A DNA stretch of 32,089 nt from a virus (lineage: Duplodnaviria > Caudoviricetes). The position numbers and the translations under genes are program-made. A model generated the notes under the pieces. The model saw only the letters and a list, made by a program, of their open reading frames with translations, did not search any database and was not told the DNA's origin. The DNA is taken from positions 1 through 32,089 of IMG/VR virus record IMGVR_UViG_3300030397_001062; one strand, 5' to 3'. Positions 6,839-15,762 of this stretch are shown here, piece by piece. The first letter of the stretch is position 1. Each line of letters opens with the position of its first letter.

Positions 6839-8584
6839 ATGAGCGCCATCAAAATCTCCAAACAACTCAAACTGGACTTCTCACTCGTGGCCGATGCGAC
6901 GGCGGTGTTCGGCAGACGTGGCAGCGGCAAAAGCAATACGGCTGGCGTGATCGTCGAGCAATGTCTGAAGGCCGGCCACCAGGTCGTGGTGCTGGATCCC
7001 AAAAACGAATGGTGGGGCCTGCAATCTTCGCGGAACGGGCAACGTAAAGGTCACTCCATTCCAGTGATTGGCGGACCGGACGGAAACCTGCCACTGGGCG
7101 AGAACGACGGCAAGGCGATTGCGGAACTGCTGGTCCAGCGCAGGTTGCCGGCCGTGCTGTGTGTGCAGGCATTGCCCAGCAAAAAAGCCATGCAACGATT
7201 CGTGACGGCCTTCGCGGAACAGCTGCTGGTGCTGAAGTCCGACAAGAAAAACCGTTCGCCGCTGTTGGTCGTGCTGGAGGAAGCACGACTGTTTGCGCCG
7301 CAACGTGTGGCGGCCGATCAAGCCAAGATGTTAGGCGCCGTTCAGGAGATCATTCGCATCGGTCGATCGTACGGTTTGGGATGCCTGATGGTCGACCAGC
7401 GTCCGGCCTCGGTTAACAAGGACCTGTTGACGCAAATCGAATTGCTGATCTGTCACCAGGTTACCGGTCCGCACGACAAGAAGGCGCTGAAGGAATGGAT
7501 TGCGGACAACGATAGCGACGATCACGGTCCGGAGTTCCTTGCGTCACTGGCCGGCCTTGGAAAAGGTGAAGCGTGGTTTTGGTCGCCGGCACGCAAACTG
7601 TTCCAGCAAACGCAAGTTGATCTGCGCAAGTCATTCGACGCAGCCGCCACGCCGGATGTTGACGCCAGCTACGAACCACCGAGAGTTCTGGCGAACGTCG
7701 ACATCGAGAAATTAAAGCAGGTACTCGGCGAGACTGTCGAGAAGGCCAGGGAGAACGATCCGCGTGAACTGAAAAAGAGAATCGCCCAATTGGAAAAGGA
7801 GGCGATCATGTTGAAGCGTGTTTCGGCGCCGCCTGATCAGGACGTGATTGATCAGGCTGTTGAAAAGGCGGTGGCGGAAAACGAAAAGCGGTGGAAGAAG
7901 GAGTTTTCATCCGTTCGCGATTCTCATCGTGCCGCTGTCGACCTGCTGGATCAAGTTCGTGATTTGGTCACCGAACGAAAAGGCACATTTGCCGATTTCG
8001 TTTTGTTGGAGGATCTGGAGAAGGAATCGGCCGGCCGGAAGAAACGCAAGTCCAGCGGTCGACCGAACTGGGCGCCACGCAATGGTCGCAAAACGGAACG
8101 CGCGGAAACATCTGACGAGCCAACGGAACTGCGTGGCGGCGAACTGAAAGTAATGAAATGCGTGGCTCAATATCCCGAGGGCGCGTCACGGAAACAGATC
8201 ACGGTCAACACAGCTTACAAACGCTCCAGTCGAGACACGTTTATCAACCGGTTGGCCGCCAAGGGGTTTGTCGAGACGGACCGCGGCGGAAGCGTAACGC
8301 CAACCGAAGAAGGCATCGCAGCACTGGGATCCGACTACGAACCATTGCCCAGTGGACAAGAACTGCGCGAATACTGGCTGGACCAACTGAGCGGAGGCGA
8401 ACACCGGGTATTTCAATACCTGATTGAGATCTACCCACGGACCGCAACTCGTGAAGAGATCAGTGATGCCACCGACTACAAGCGTTCGAGTCGGGATACG
8501 TTCATCAACCGGTTAAAGAACCGCAACGTGATCGAGATCGGAAGCGGGTTTGTGGGTGCATCGGAAGAACTGTTTGAGGGATGA
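6839..8584 (+). CDS. HerA/FtsK-superfamily (DUF87-like) ATPase with coiled coil and two C-terminal wHTH repeats
   Basis: Walker A GRRGSGKS, VVLDPKNEW, Walker B VVLEEA, arginine-finger GRSYG, DQRP; YKRSSRDTFINRL occurs twice. Confidence 0.85.
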   Translation: MSAIKISKQLKLDFSLVADATAVFGRRGSGKSNTAGVIVEQCLKAGHQVVVLDPKNEWWGLQSSRNGQRKGHSIPVIGGPDGNLPLGENDGKAIAELLVQRRLPAVLCVQALPSKKAMQRFVTAFAEQLLVLKSDKKNRSPLLVVLEEARLFAPQRVAADQAKMLGAVQEIIRIGRSYGLGCLMVDQRPASVNKDLLTQIELLICHQVTGPHDKKALKEWIADNDSDDHGPEFLASLAGLGKGEAWFWSPARKLFQQTQVDLRKSFDAAATPDVDASYEPPRVLANVDIEKLKQVLGETVEKARENDPRELKKRIAQLEKEAIMLKRVSAPPDQDVIDQAVEKAVAENEKRWKKEFSSVRDSHRAAVDLLDQVRDLVTERKGTFADFVLLEDLEKESAGRKKRKSSGRPNWAPRNGRKTERAETSDEPTELRGGELKVMKCVAQYPEGASRKQITVNTAYKRSSRDTFINRLAAKGFVETDRGGSVTPTEEGIAALGSDYEPLPSGQELREYWLDQLSGGEHRVFQYLIEIYPRTATREEISDATDYKRSSRDTFINRLKNRNVIEIGSGFVGASEELFEG

Positions 8585-8588
8585 AAAC

Positions 8589-8765
8589 ATGTTTCGTGAA
8601 TGGTTGTATAGCGCGGTGGCGGAATTGATTGCGTTCGGCATGGTCTCGATGGCCGTGTTCAACGGGATCGAAGGCAAATGGGTCGAGGGCGGAATCTGTC
8701 TGCTGCTTTACTTCGCGTTCGATCTCATGATGTGGTACGCCGACTGGGAAAGCGAGAAGCCATGA
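8589..8765 (+). CDS. Small 2-TM membrane protein
   Basis: Hydrophobic 58-aa ORF between coupled genes. Confidence 0.6.
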   Translation: MFREWLYSAVAELIAFGMVSMAVFNGIEGKWVEGGICLLLYFAFDLMMWYADWESEKP

Positions 8766-9070
8766 TCGGAACACAAATGGTTTACCGATTCACGGGCGAG
8801 ACCGTCACGGTCCTGCGCGAGAACCGGAACTGTATTTGGGTCGAGCTGGCCGGCCGCGGCCGTTGCCAATTTTGGAAAGCCAATTTGTCAGACATGTTTG
8901 CATTGGAAGGATCCCATGACACGTCGCAAGGACTGGCAGACGCTGAAGAATCGAATTCTTCCATGCCGCAAACGCAGGAACAAATCAAAGGAAGCGGCGT
9001 ATGCCCAGATGACCAGCTTAGCCAGATCAACCGGGATCCCGAAAAGCCGGTTCAAAGTCTACTTCTGTAA
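8762..9070 (+). CDS. Hypothetical protein
   Basis: ATGA coupling; the C-terminal half overlaps the next gene. Confidence 0.45.
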   Translation: MIGTQMVYRFTGETVTVLRENRNCIWVELAGRGRCQFWKANLSDMFALEGSHDTSQGLADAEESNSSMPQTQEQIKGSGVCPDDQLSQINRDPEKPVQSLLL

Positions 9071-9107
9071 ACGGTGCCGACACTGGCACGTCGCCAACAA
9101 GGATTGA
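8916..9107 (+). CDS. Small basic Zn-finger-like protein
   Basis: GGAAGG RBS; C...YFCKRCRHWH motif. Confidence 0.65.
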   Translation: MTRRKDWQTLKNRILPCRKRRNKSKEAAYAQMTSLARSTGIPKSRFKVYFCKRCRHWHVANKD

Positions 9108-9110
9108 AGG

Positions 9111-9491
9111 ATGGAAACCGATACCAACAAATTTGAACAGTGGGCCCTGCTGGAAATCATGGGCCACCAACGTTACGCCGGTCTGCTGACGGAACAAACG
9201 ATCGGCGGCGCATCGTTTCTGCGAATCGATATCCCCGAGGTCGATGGCAAGCAGGCGTTCACGAAGTACTTCGGCGCCTCGTCGGTCTACAGTATCACAC
9301 CCATGGAAAAGGACGCCGTGCTGATTCTGGCTGGCAAATTGCGACAGGAACCGATCAAGCCATGGGAACTTCCCCGCGAATTCCAGAAGGGCATCACGTT
9401 CAACGAAGCCAACGAACGGGATGATGGTGACATTGAGTTAGATGACGAAGACATTGATCTGATTGAACTGGACGAACCGGATCATGCTTAA
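9111..9491 (+). CDS. Hypothetical phage protein with acidic tail
   Basis: WALLEIMGHQRYAG...FLRIDIP...SVYSITP; D/E-rich C-terminus. Confidence 0.75.
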   Translation: METDTNKFEQWALLEIMGHQRYAGLLTEQTIGGASFLRIDIPEVDGKQAFTKYFGASSVYSITPMEKDAVLILAGKLRQEPIKPWELPREFQKGITFNEANERDDGDIELDDEDIDLIELDEPDHA

Positions 9492-10056
9492 CCTGCGACC
9501 AACTGACATTTCGATTGGCATCGACCCGTCGTTGACCGGTACGGCGGTATGCCTGGGAGTCGGAGACGGTTTTTTTGCGCGACGGTTTCCCAGTGTCAAA
9601 GTCGATGGTGGTGTCTCGGCACGCATCCAGCGAATCAACGACATCGTGGCCGACGTCGTGAACTGGATCGAAGACCGCTGCGGCGATCGGATTCCGTCCG
9701 CCTGTTTCCTGGAAGGCTATGCCCACGCCGGCAAAAAGCTGTACCACACCGGCAACTTGCAAGTCGAATTCGGTGGCGTGTTGCGTAGCGAGCTGATCTA
9801 TCTGACTCGCCACATCTATGAAGTCTTGCCCAAATCGCTGAAACGATTTACGGCCGGAACCGGAAAAGCAGACAAATCCCAGATGACGTCGGCCGTAAGG
9901 ATGCTTTACGGTCACCGCTTCGCCACGGATGACGAAGTGGACGCCTGCGCCTTGTACTACATGGGCAGGATTATTTCAGGAGCCGAGCCCGCACGGTGCG
10001 AGCGGCAGGAAGCCATGATCGGCGATTACGAAAAGATCATCGCAACAAGGACATGA
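9484..10056 (+). CDS. RuvC-like Holliday junction resolvase
   Basis: IGIDPSLTGTA, LEGY, K..TAGTGKADK, DDEVDA acidic catalytic set. Confidence 0.85.
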   Translation: MLNLRPTDISIGIDPSLTGTAVCLGVGDGFFARRFPSVKVDGGVSARIQRINDIVADVVNWIEDRCGDRIPSACFLEGYAHAGKKLYHTGNLQVEFGGVLRSELIYLTRHIYEVLPKSLKRFTAGTGKADKSQMTSAVRMLYGHRFATDDEVDACALYYMGRIISGAEPARCERQEAMIGDYEKIIATRT

Positions 10057-10925
10057 CCGTGGCCAAGAAGAAAAAGGTAGCGAAGAAGACTGCCAAAAAG
10101 AAAACCACAACCAAAAAGCCTGCGACGAAAAAGAAGGCGGCCAAAAAGTCGGCCACAAAGAAGACCACAAAAAAGAAAGGCCCTCGATTGCCGAAAGGCG
10201 TCGAGTTGATCGATGGCAAGATCGTCATGGCGCCGGACGTTTTTGAGAAGTACCTGCACGAACACAGCGCGTTGACCAAAATCAACAAGAAGAACGACGA
10301 GATCAAACGTCTCAAGGCCGTCATGGAGGAAAAGAAGGAACAGGCTGCCACTGCGAAGAAGTCGTGGGAGAACGCCCAGCAGGATCTTAACGATCTGGTT
10401 CAGGATTTGAACTCGCCGCAAAAGCGACTACCGGGCATGGCCGCCGCCGATTTGCAGGAAGACAGCGCGGTCAGCGAATCCAGCGACAAGCCGACCGATG
10501 ACAAGTGGATGGATCAAACCTTGCGCGAAGCCGGCATCAGTAACGGCCACGCCAAAAAGCTGGAAGCCATTGGTGTGGAAACGTTCCGCCAGCTGGAGCA
10601 TCTGCGTTCCGGCAAGGATCCGGATCGGCCGCGAGGATTGTCCGATGTAAAAGGACTCGGCGAAAAGGCCGTTACCGAAATCGAAACGATCACGCTGGAC
10701 TTCATTGCCAGCAATTCGTCCGGCACCGAGGCCGGCGAAGGTGTCGAGAAAGGCATGATGGTGAAACTGACGCGAGACATTCGCGGTGCTGCCAACAAGA
10801 AGGACGGCATGTTCGAAGGCACCGAATGCGAAGTCGTGAAGGTGGATGGTGACAAGATTCAGGTCAAATCGAAAAATGGAAAGAATGTGACGCTGGAGCC
10901 CGAAGACTTCAGCGTTAGCGTTTAG
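10053..10925 (+). CDS. Histone H1-like / helix-hairpin-helix DNA-binding protein
   Basis: K/A/T-rich N-terminus, coiled coil, HhH-like AGISNGHAKKL and VKGLGEK, and a beta-rich SH3/KOW-like C-terminus. Confidence 0.7.
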   Translation: MTVAKKKKVAKKTAKKKTTTKKPATKKKAAKKSATKKTTKKKGPRLPKGVELIDGKIVMAPDVFEKYLHEHSALTKINKKNDEIKRLKAVMEEKKEQAATAKKSWENAQQDLNDLVQDLNSPQKRLPGMAAADLQEDSAVSESSDKPTDDKWMDQTLREAGISNGHAKKLEAIGVETFRQLEHLRSGKDPDRPRGLSDVKGLGEKAVTEIETITLDFIASNSSGTEAGEGVEKGMMVKLTRDIRGAANKKDGMFEGTECEVVKVDGDKIQVKSKNGKNVTLEPEDFSVSV

Positions 10926-10934
10926 TTCGAAGAC

Positions 10935-11172
10935 AGCCCTCATTTAATCGCGAGAGTCGGGAACGCGGAACGTCAGGGGCTATACCGTGCCGCTTCAGGA
11001 CAGTTTTGGTTTCGCATGGGATTATTCCTTTCGCTGTGTTGTTGCCTCACGGACCTTTGTAAGCGCGGGTAAAAGTGACGTTCAGTTCCTCAAGCTGGCG
11101 TGTTTGGCGCCGGTGGGATTCCCGACACCCAAACAGGCATCGGTGGCAAGCATCCTCAGCCACCATGTTTTT
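10935..11172. ncRNA. Candidate structured RNA/leader
   Basis: Complementary pairs 10968-75/11076-83, 10985-89/11048-52, 10956-63/11119-26, 11101-07/11129-35, and 11142-47/11159-64 followed by a T-run. Confidence 0.4.
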
Positions 11173-11209
11173 GGGAAAACTATTGAAAGGCAATTAAGGA
11201 GATATCTTC

Positions 11210-11692
11210 ATGCTGGTTTTGGTTGATATGGATGGGGTGGTTTCAGATTTCGACGGGCATGTCAAAGCGGTATACGGAAAGCCGATGTCGGAAATGACGA
11301 ACAGGGAGAAAGACAAATTCTGGGATGCCGAATGTGTATCGCACCGTTTCTTTGCAAATTCGCCGGCAATCCCGGAAGGTCTTGAATTTGTGAAGCGGGT
11401 GGAGAGCGCAGGAATCGAAATGACGTTTCTGACGAGCACCGGCGGTGAATTGCAGCACATCGACATCGCAAAACAGAAACTCGATTTCCTTCAACGCAAT
11501 GGAATGGGCCATTTACCTGTTGCGTTTGCGACAGGAACGAAGTGCAAGGCGTCTTTCGCCAGGCCGGGTTGCGTATTGGTCGATGATCGCGACAAAGTTG
11601 TCGATGCGTTCAGGGAGCGAGGCGGCATCGCCCATCTTTTTACAAGAGGCAATTGGCTGTCGATTTTCGATTCGATTGCTCGACAAAGTTGA
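11210..11692 (+). CDS. HAD-superfamily 5'(3')-deoxyribonucleotidase-like protein
   Basis: Motif I DMDGVVSDF, motif II LTS, K...LVDDR motif IV; AAGGAG RBS. Confidence 0.85.
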   Translation: MLVLVDMDGVVSDFDGHVKAVYGKPMSEMTNREKDKFWDAECVSHRFFANSPAIPEGLEFVKRVESAGIEMTFLTSTGGELQHIDIAKQKLDFLQRNGMGHLPVAFATGTKCKASFARPGCVLVDDRDKVVDAFRERGGIAHLFTRGNWLSIFDSIARQS

Positions 11693-11697
11693 TTGAC

Positions 11698-11898
11698 ATG
11701 AAAATTATTGTTACAGAGCATTGGTTTGAGCGTACGAATACTTGGGGACACACGATATGGACGTGTACGTTTACTGAACTCTGGATTGCGTTACCGGGAA
11801 ACCGGGTAGAGTTGCAGGAGTCAACTCAAAAGGTAGTGGCGTTTCTGCGTCAACCGTGGACACGAACCACCAAACTGAAGTACCAAAAGCGGCAATGA
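11698..11898 (+). CDS. Hypothetical protein (66 aa)
   Basis: ATG 5 nt after the previous stop. Confidence 0.5.
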   Translation: MKIIVTEHWFERTNTWGHTIWTCTFTELWIALPGNRVELQESTQKVVAFLRQPWTRTTKLKYQKRQ

Positions 11899-11937
11899 GC
11901 GACACTGAGAAAAAGATAACCGAGCGGAGAAAAGATC

Positions 11938-12192
11938 ATGCAAGAAAACGAACAGGCCAAAGCCCTTCCGGTTGTTATGCGGCGCTGGTTGTTCCGTGGC
12001 GAAGATTGGAATGATGACGATTTCTACATTGACGAAAATGGAGCGGAAGTCTGCGAGGATGCAGCCGTGCCGTGGGTGGGTTCGGAGTTAGACGCAAAAG
12101 CGGAGGCCGATCGCCGCTGCGATTTGTGGGAAGAATCAAACGAAGCTTTTATCGCAAAAATCACAATCGAGTCGCGTGGTAAGGCCACATAA
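11938..12192 (+). CDS. Acidic hypothetical protein (cassette-like gene 1)
   Basis: GGAG RBS; stop codon lies within GCCACATAAG, complementary (8/10) to GTTATGCGGC near the gene start. Confidence 0.7.
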   Translation: MQENEQAKALPVVMRRWLFRGEDWNDDDFYIDENGAEVCEDAAVPWVGSELDAKAEADRRCDLWEESNEAFIAKITIESRGKAT

Positions 12193-12198
12193 GGCCGA

Positions 12199-12546
12199 GT
12201 GAAAATTATGAACGAAGAAAAGATTCAAGGAACAACAAGACCGCCCAAGCCGGCTCCCGTCCATCCGTTTGCTATCTGGATTTGGGAGTGGGGTTTCATT
12301 TCAGGTCTGTTTTCAATTGCGTTTGGGAGTGCGGCATATACTTGCGGATTGAAAACAACCATGATTCGATTTGAGGTTCTTGGATTGATACTCTGCTGGT
12401 TCGGGATGCGTGCATGGTGGAAAGCACCGGTGTTTGGCGATTTGAAAAATGATTCAATCAACATCCGCGCTGTAATCCTGCTGCTTTTCGCGTGGGTGTT
12501 GATTTGCGGAACGTGGTATTTGGTCGAAGGTGTTCAATCCAGATAA
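12199..12546 (+). CDS. 3-TM membrane protein (cassette-like gene 2)
   Basis: Hydrophobic segments; stop codon lies within AATCCAGATAAC, complementary (11/12) to GCTATCTGGATT at 12271. Confidence 0.7.
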   Translation: MKIMNEEKIQGTTRPPKPAPVHPFAIWIWEWGFISGLFSIAFGSAAYTCGLKTTMIRFEVLGLILCWFGMRAWWKAPVFGDLKNDSINIRAVILLLFAWVLICGTWYLVEGVQSR

Positions 12547-12606
12547 CGTCGTAGATGACCACGCCGTTCGTCTAATGTCTTCCCCAGCGGTAAATCTTGA
12601 AGGCAG

Positions 12607-12924
12607 GTGATGCCCAGTTGTGACGAAAATTTGCTGAAAGTGATCACGCTAACGGCCGATACGGTTTGGACGGTCGGTTTTGCCAAGTTGTGGTTGCGGC
12701 GCGGGGAACCAGTCAAGGTCGGCGTGTGTCATCCCGAGGAACTGGGGGTGTGTCGCAGCAAGCATGACTGTCATGAAGAATCACAGGAGAAGCGAATTCT
12801 ATTGAAGAGCGACGAAAAACTGATCGTCGGCGCCATCGACATCTGGCTTCATGATTCCCACAAACCGGTCAGTTTGGTATTATGCTACCGGGGTGATCAG
12901 CCGATCACCAAACAGACAATTTGA
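12607..12924 (+). CDS. Hypothetical protein
   Basis: 105-aa ORF in the right orientation; its 3' end overlaps a predicted promoter. Confidence 0.4.
   Translation: MMPSCDENLLKVITLTADTVWTVGFAKLWLRRGEPVKVGVCHPEELGVCRSKHDCHEESQEKRILLKSDEKLIVGAIDIWLHDSHKPVSLVLCYRGDQPITKQTI
12855..12883 (+). promoter_or_regulatory. Putative sigma70-type promoter
   Basis: TTCCCA-17 bp-TATTAT with TG extended -10. Confidence 0.5.
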
Positions 12925-12950
12925 TTGGCCACATACGGCGCAAAACCATC

Positions 12951-13002
12951 AAGGCCACCCGACGCATCGTTGTTGCGAACGATTCGTCGGGTGGCCTTTT
13001 TT
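12951..13002 (+). terminator. Long intrinsic terminator hairpin
   Basis: AAGGCCACCCGACG/CGTCGGGTGGCCTT stem plus inner ATCGTT/AACGAT, ending in T6. Confidence 0.85.
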
Positions 13003-13039
13003 ATTGCGCTACCGGCCAGTGCCCACGGAGGTCATTGCA

Positions 13040-13327
13040 ATGGGATGGGACAAAATTCAGGGCGCGATCCGGATGGGCGCCGCGGTCGTCGCAGGAACAT
13101 TTCTCAGTTGGGTTGCAACGTGGACCGGTGTCTTCCTGGACGGGGAATCCGAGACCGCCTTCGTCCAGGCAATTTCCATCATCTTTTCAGTGGTCTATTA
13201 CCTCACTGTTCGCGCGCTGGCCAGCAAGTTCCCTGCGCTGGAATGGTTGTTGGTAATCCCCAGGTCACCCGTTTATGTGGAACCGCGAAACCGAATCGCT
13301 GCCGCGCAGCGCGTCAAAAACATGTAA
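13040..13327 (+). CDS. Small membrane protein, holin-like
   Basis: GGAGG RBS; 95 aa, two TM segments, basic C-terminus; first gene of the late block. Confidence 0.55.
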   Translation: MGWDKIQGAIRMGAAVVAGTFLSWVATWTGVFLDGESETAFVQAISIIFSVVYYLTVRALASKFPALEWLLVIPRSPVYVEPRNRIAAAQRVKNM

Positions 13328-13354
13328 CGAAGTTTCTTTTGAAAGGTAACGATC

Positions 13355-13891
13355 ATGCGTTTTACACTCTCTCCCGAAGTCGCCAGTATCGCCGCAGGTT
13401 TTGACGGTCGTGAGCCGTTCCGTGCCGGCCTGAAGGAAATGCGTTCCGAGTTGGCAAGGTCATGGAAGTTTTTCCAGGCTGCCAAGGTGCGAACGGTCCT
13501 GAACTTTTTGCGTTTGTTTGAAGAAGCCTACCAGCGTGCTGTGCAGAAGGCCGGCGAGGCTGCTATCGAGCGTGGCATTCACATTGCCGAGGCCGGCGAC
13601 TTCTTCAAGTGGTTCCTGGAATGGCTGCAAAACGGCGGCTGGGAATTCATCCTGGACATCATCATTGGTGGCGGTCGCGGCGCATCGGTGGAAGCCGTCG
13701 CAACAGCTGGTGGCGTTGCCAACGCCAGCGCATTCTCCGCACCGGACCCATCCCGACCCGGTTGCGATTTTGAATCCGGCTTCGGAGTCGAGGTCGGTAT
13801 TGGCGCAATCGTTCGACATGTCGTTCGCGAGGAATTGCAACGAGCGCACGGTTCCAAACCAGAGATCCTTCCGGAAGGCGACCCGCGGTAG
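13355..13891 (+). CDS. Hypothetical protein
   Basis: AAAGGTAACGA leader; amphipathic DFFKWFLEWLQNGGWEFILDII helix. Confidence 0.7.
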   Translation: MRFTLSPEVASIAAGFDGREPFRAGLKEMRSELARSWKFFQAAKVRTVLNFLRLFEEAYQRAVQKAGEAAIERGIHIAEAGDFFKWFLEWLQNGGWEFILDIIIGGGRGASVEAVATAGGVANASAFSAPDPSRPGCDFESGFGVEVGIGAIVRHVVREELQRAHGSKPEILPEGDPR

Positions 13892-13928
13892 TTTCAACCA
13901 ACCTGTGATTTGACCACGGAGACAAATC

Positions 13929-14891
13929 ATGTCGACAACGATTATCACAAGTCGAAACGACGAGCGGCGGTTCGGGATCCCGGATGACTGGGTGCCGCCG
14001 TTGCCGGGCGCGGCCATCATGACGGCCAATGTTCCGCCGATCTGGTCGATCGACGAACGTTTTCCGAAAATCTGGGAACAGGGCATCACCGGAAAGGAGG
14101 TGCGTGTTTCGGTGCACGACACGGCCGCCGGCAAAACCCATCCCAATCTTCCGAACCCGGTGTTCACTCGCAACCTTGCCGGCGGTTCCAACGGTGATCC
14201 ACATGGACACGGAACTCATTGTGCCGGCACGGTGCTCGGCCGCGACGGTGTTGGTTGCGCGCCCGAAGCGGACCTGATGCTGATCAAGGTACTGAGTGAT
14301 CGTGGCGGTGGGTCATCAACCGACATCAACGAAGCCCGTCGCATCGCAGCTGCCGAAGGTGCCGACGTTCTTTCGGAATCGTTGGGCGGTGCGATGGGTG
14401 GCGAGTCCGATCGTCAGTCGATCGTGCGTGCCTATGAGAACGGCGTTTTGCTGGATGTCGCTGCGGCCGGCAACGCTGGCTACAACGGTCGCAACACGAT
14501 CGGTTATCCAGGGCGCTGGCTGGAGACGTGGTGTATCGGCGCCTACAACCGCAACGGCCGAATCTCCGGCTTCTCATCCGGCGGACGCGAAATCGATTGC
14601 GCCTGTCCTGGTGAACAGATCGTCTCGTGCCGCACCGGTGGCGGATTCACCACAATGTCCGGAACCTCGATGGCCACGCCATGGTGGGCGGGTTTCATGG
14701 CGCTGGTTATTCACAAGCGTCGCATTCTTGGCTGGAACGATTTAATCGGAGCCGAGGCATGGCGAAGGTTCTTTGATCAGCAGGGATTCTGGCGTGACGC
14801 CGGCGAGCCAGGCAAGGACGTTCGCTACGGTCGAGGCATTCCCAACATCGACGCAATTCTGGATTGGCTGGTCGAGCCCCTGTACGTGTAA
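13929..14891 (+). CDS. Subtilisin-like S8 serine protease
   Basis: Catalytic Asp VSVHDT, His HGHGTHCAG, oxyanion Asn AAAGN, Ser SGTSMATP; no signal peptide. Confidence 0.95.
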   Translation: MSTTIITSRNDERRFGIPDDWVPPLPGAAIMTANVPPIWSIDERFPKIWEQGITGKEVRVSVHDTAAGKTHPNLPNPVFTRNLAGGSNGDPHGHGTHCAGTVLGRDGVGCAPEADLMLIKVLSDRGGGSSTDINEARRIAAAEGADVLSESLGGAMGGESDRQSIVRAYENGVLLDVAAAGNAGYNGRNTIGYPGRWLETWCIGAYNRNGRISGFSSGGREIDCACPGEQIVSCRTGGGFTTMSGTSMATPWWAGFMALVIHKRRILGWNDLIGAEAWRRFFDQQGFWRDAGEPGKDVRYGRGIPNIDAILDWLVEPLYV

Positions 14892-14919
14892 ACGTGTGAA
14901 CAAAGGACGCTGAAGGAAA

Positions 14920-15762
14920 ATGAACAAGATCTTATTACTGGCGGGTTTCCTGGGTGCCTTTTTCGTTGCACCGCTGTTTGGTCAGGAGGCATACAAGGTT
15001 GATGTCACTGCCGGCACCGCCAAAGTCGTTATCGAGAAGTTACTGGTCGTTGATGAAACGACACTACGCGCCGAAACCACGGACGGTGGTGAAGTACCGA
15101 TCTTTCTGACCACCACGGACCGCCCCAACCCCCTTGTGCGGGCGTGGGAGCTGGAAGGCCGCTACGCGTTGTGGCCACCAAAGGTCATGCCACTACTTCG
15201 CGAAGGCGTCTGGGTGTTGGAAGGTCCGCCTGGTTCGCGGTGGTCGATCGAAGTGGTGGGCGGTGGCAGTTGGGAAACCGAAGAAGTTCAGTTCCCCGGC
15301 GCGCCGGCGCCTGATCGTGATGGTGATGGAGTACCAGACGCCGACGACAACTGTCCCGACACCGCCAATCCCGACCAGCTGGATTCAGACGGTGATGGAG
15401 TTGGTGACGTATGTGATTCTGTCGAACCGCCGCCTCCCGCTGGTGACTGGGACGAGCTTACCAAACTGGTTCAGGACTCGGACATTCCCGAGCAGGATCC
15501 AGGCACAGCAACTGCCTTGCGGAACGCTTACGAAACCGCGATCCGCCAAATCAAGGAGAACACACAATGGTCGATCGGGCTGGCGCTCGAGGCCATTCGC
15601 ACGCAGCGACGCAGCGCGTTTAATTCGCGACCGAAACCCATGAAAACGAACTGGGCTCCCTTGTTGGACGAAATGGGATCGTTCATCGCCGAACGGGAAC
15701 CGACTAACCCGCAGACGGAGCTGGTTCCGGCTCTGGACGCCATCGTGAAAGGATTGCAATGA
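14920..15762 (+). CDS. Exported protein with thrombospondin type-3 Ca-binding repeats
   Basis: Signal peptide MNKILLLAGFLGAFFVAPLFG; DRDGDGVPDADDNCPDTANPDQLDSDGDGVGDVCD. Confidence 0.85.
   Translation: MNKILLLAGFLGAFFVAPLFGQEAYKVDVTAGTAKVVIEKLLVVDETTLRAETTDGGEVPIFLTTTDRPNPLVRAWELEGRYALWPPKVMPLLREGVWVLEGPPGSRWSIEVVGGGSWETEEVQFPGAPAPDRDGDGVPDADDNCPDTANPDQLDSDGDGVGDVCDSVEPPPPAGDWDELTKLVQDSDIPEQDPGTATALRNAYETAIRQIKENTQWSIGLALEAIRTQRRSAFNSRPKPMKTNWAPLLDEMGSFIAEREPTNPQTELVPALDAIVKGLQ

Larger units (their letters stand above)
11914..12566 (+). mobile_element. Degenerate integron attC-like cassette boundaries
   Basis: Inverse-core-like (TAAC/TAAG) sites at 11914, 12184, 12536 alternate with core-like (GTTAT/GCTAT) sites at 11974, 12271, and show cassette-wise complementarity. 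Confidence 0.5.

Noticed and set aside
10976-11165. tRNA-Ala or tmRNA (GGGGCTATA ... CCACCA)
   Set aside because: No TTCGA T-loop, and the acceptor stem does not pair between these ends.
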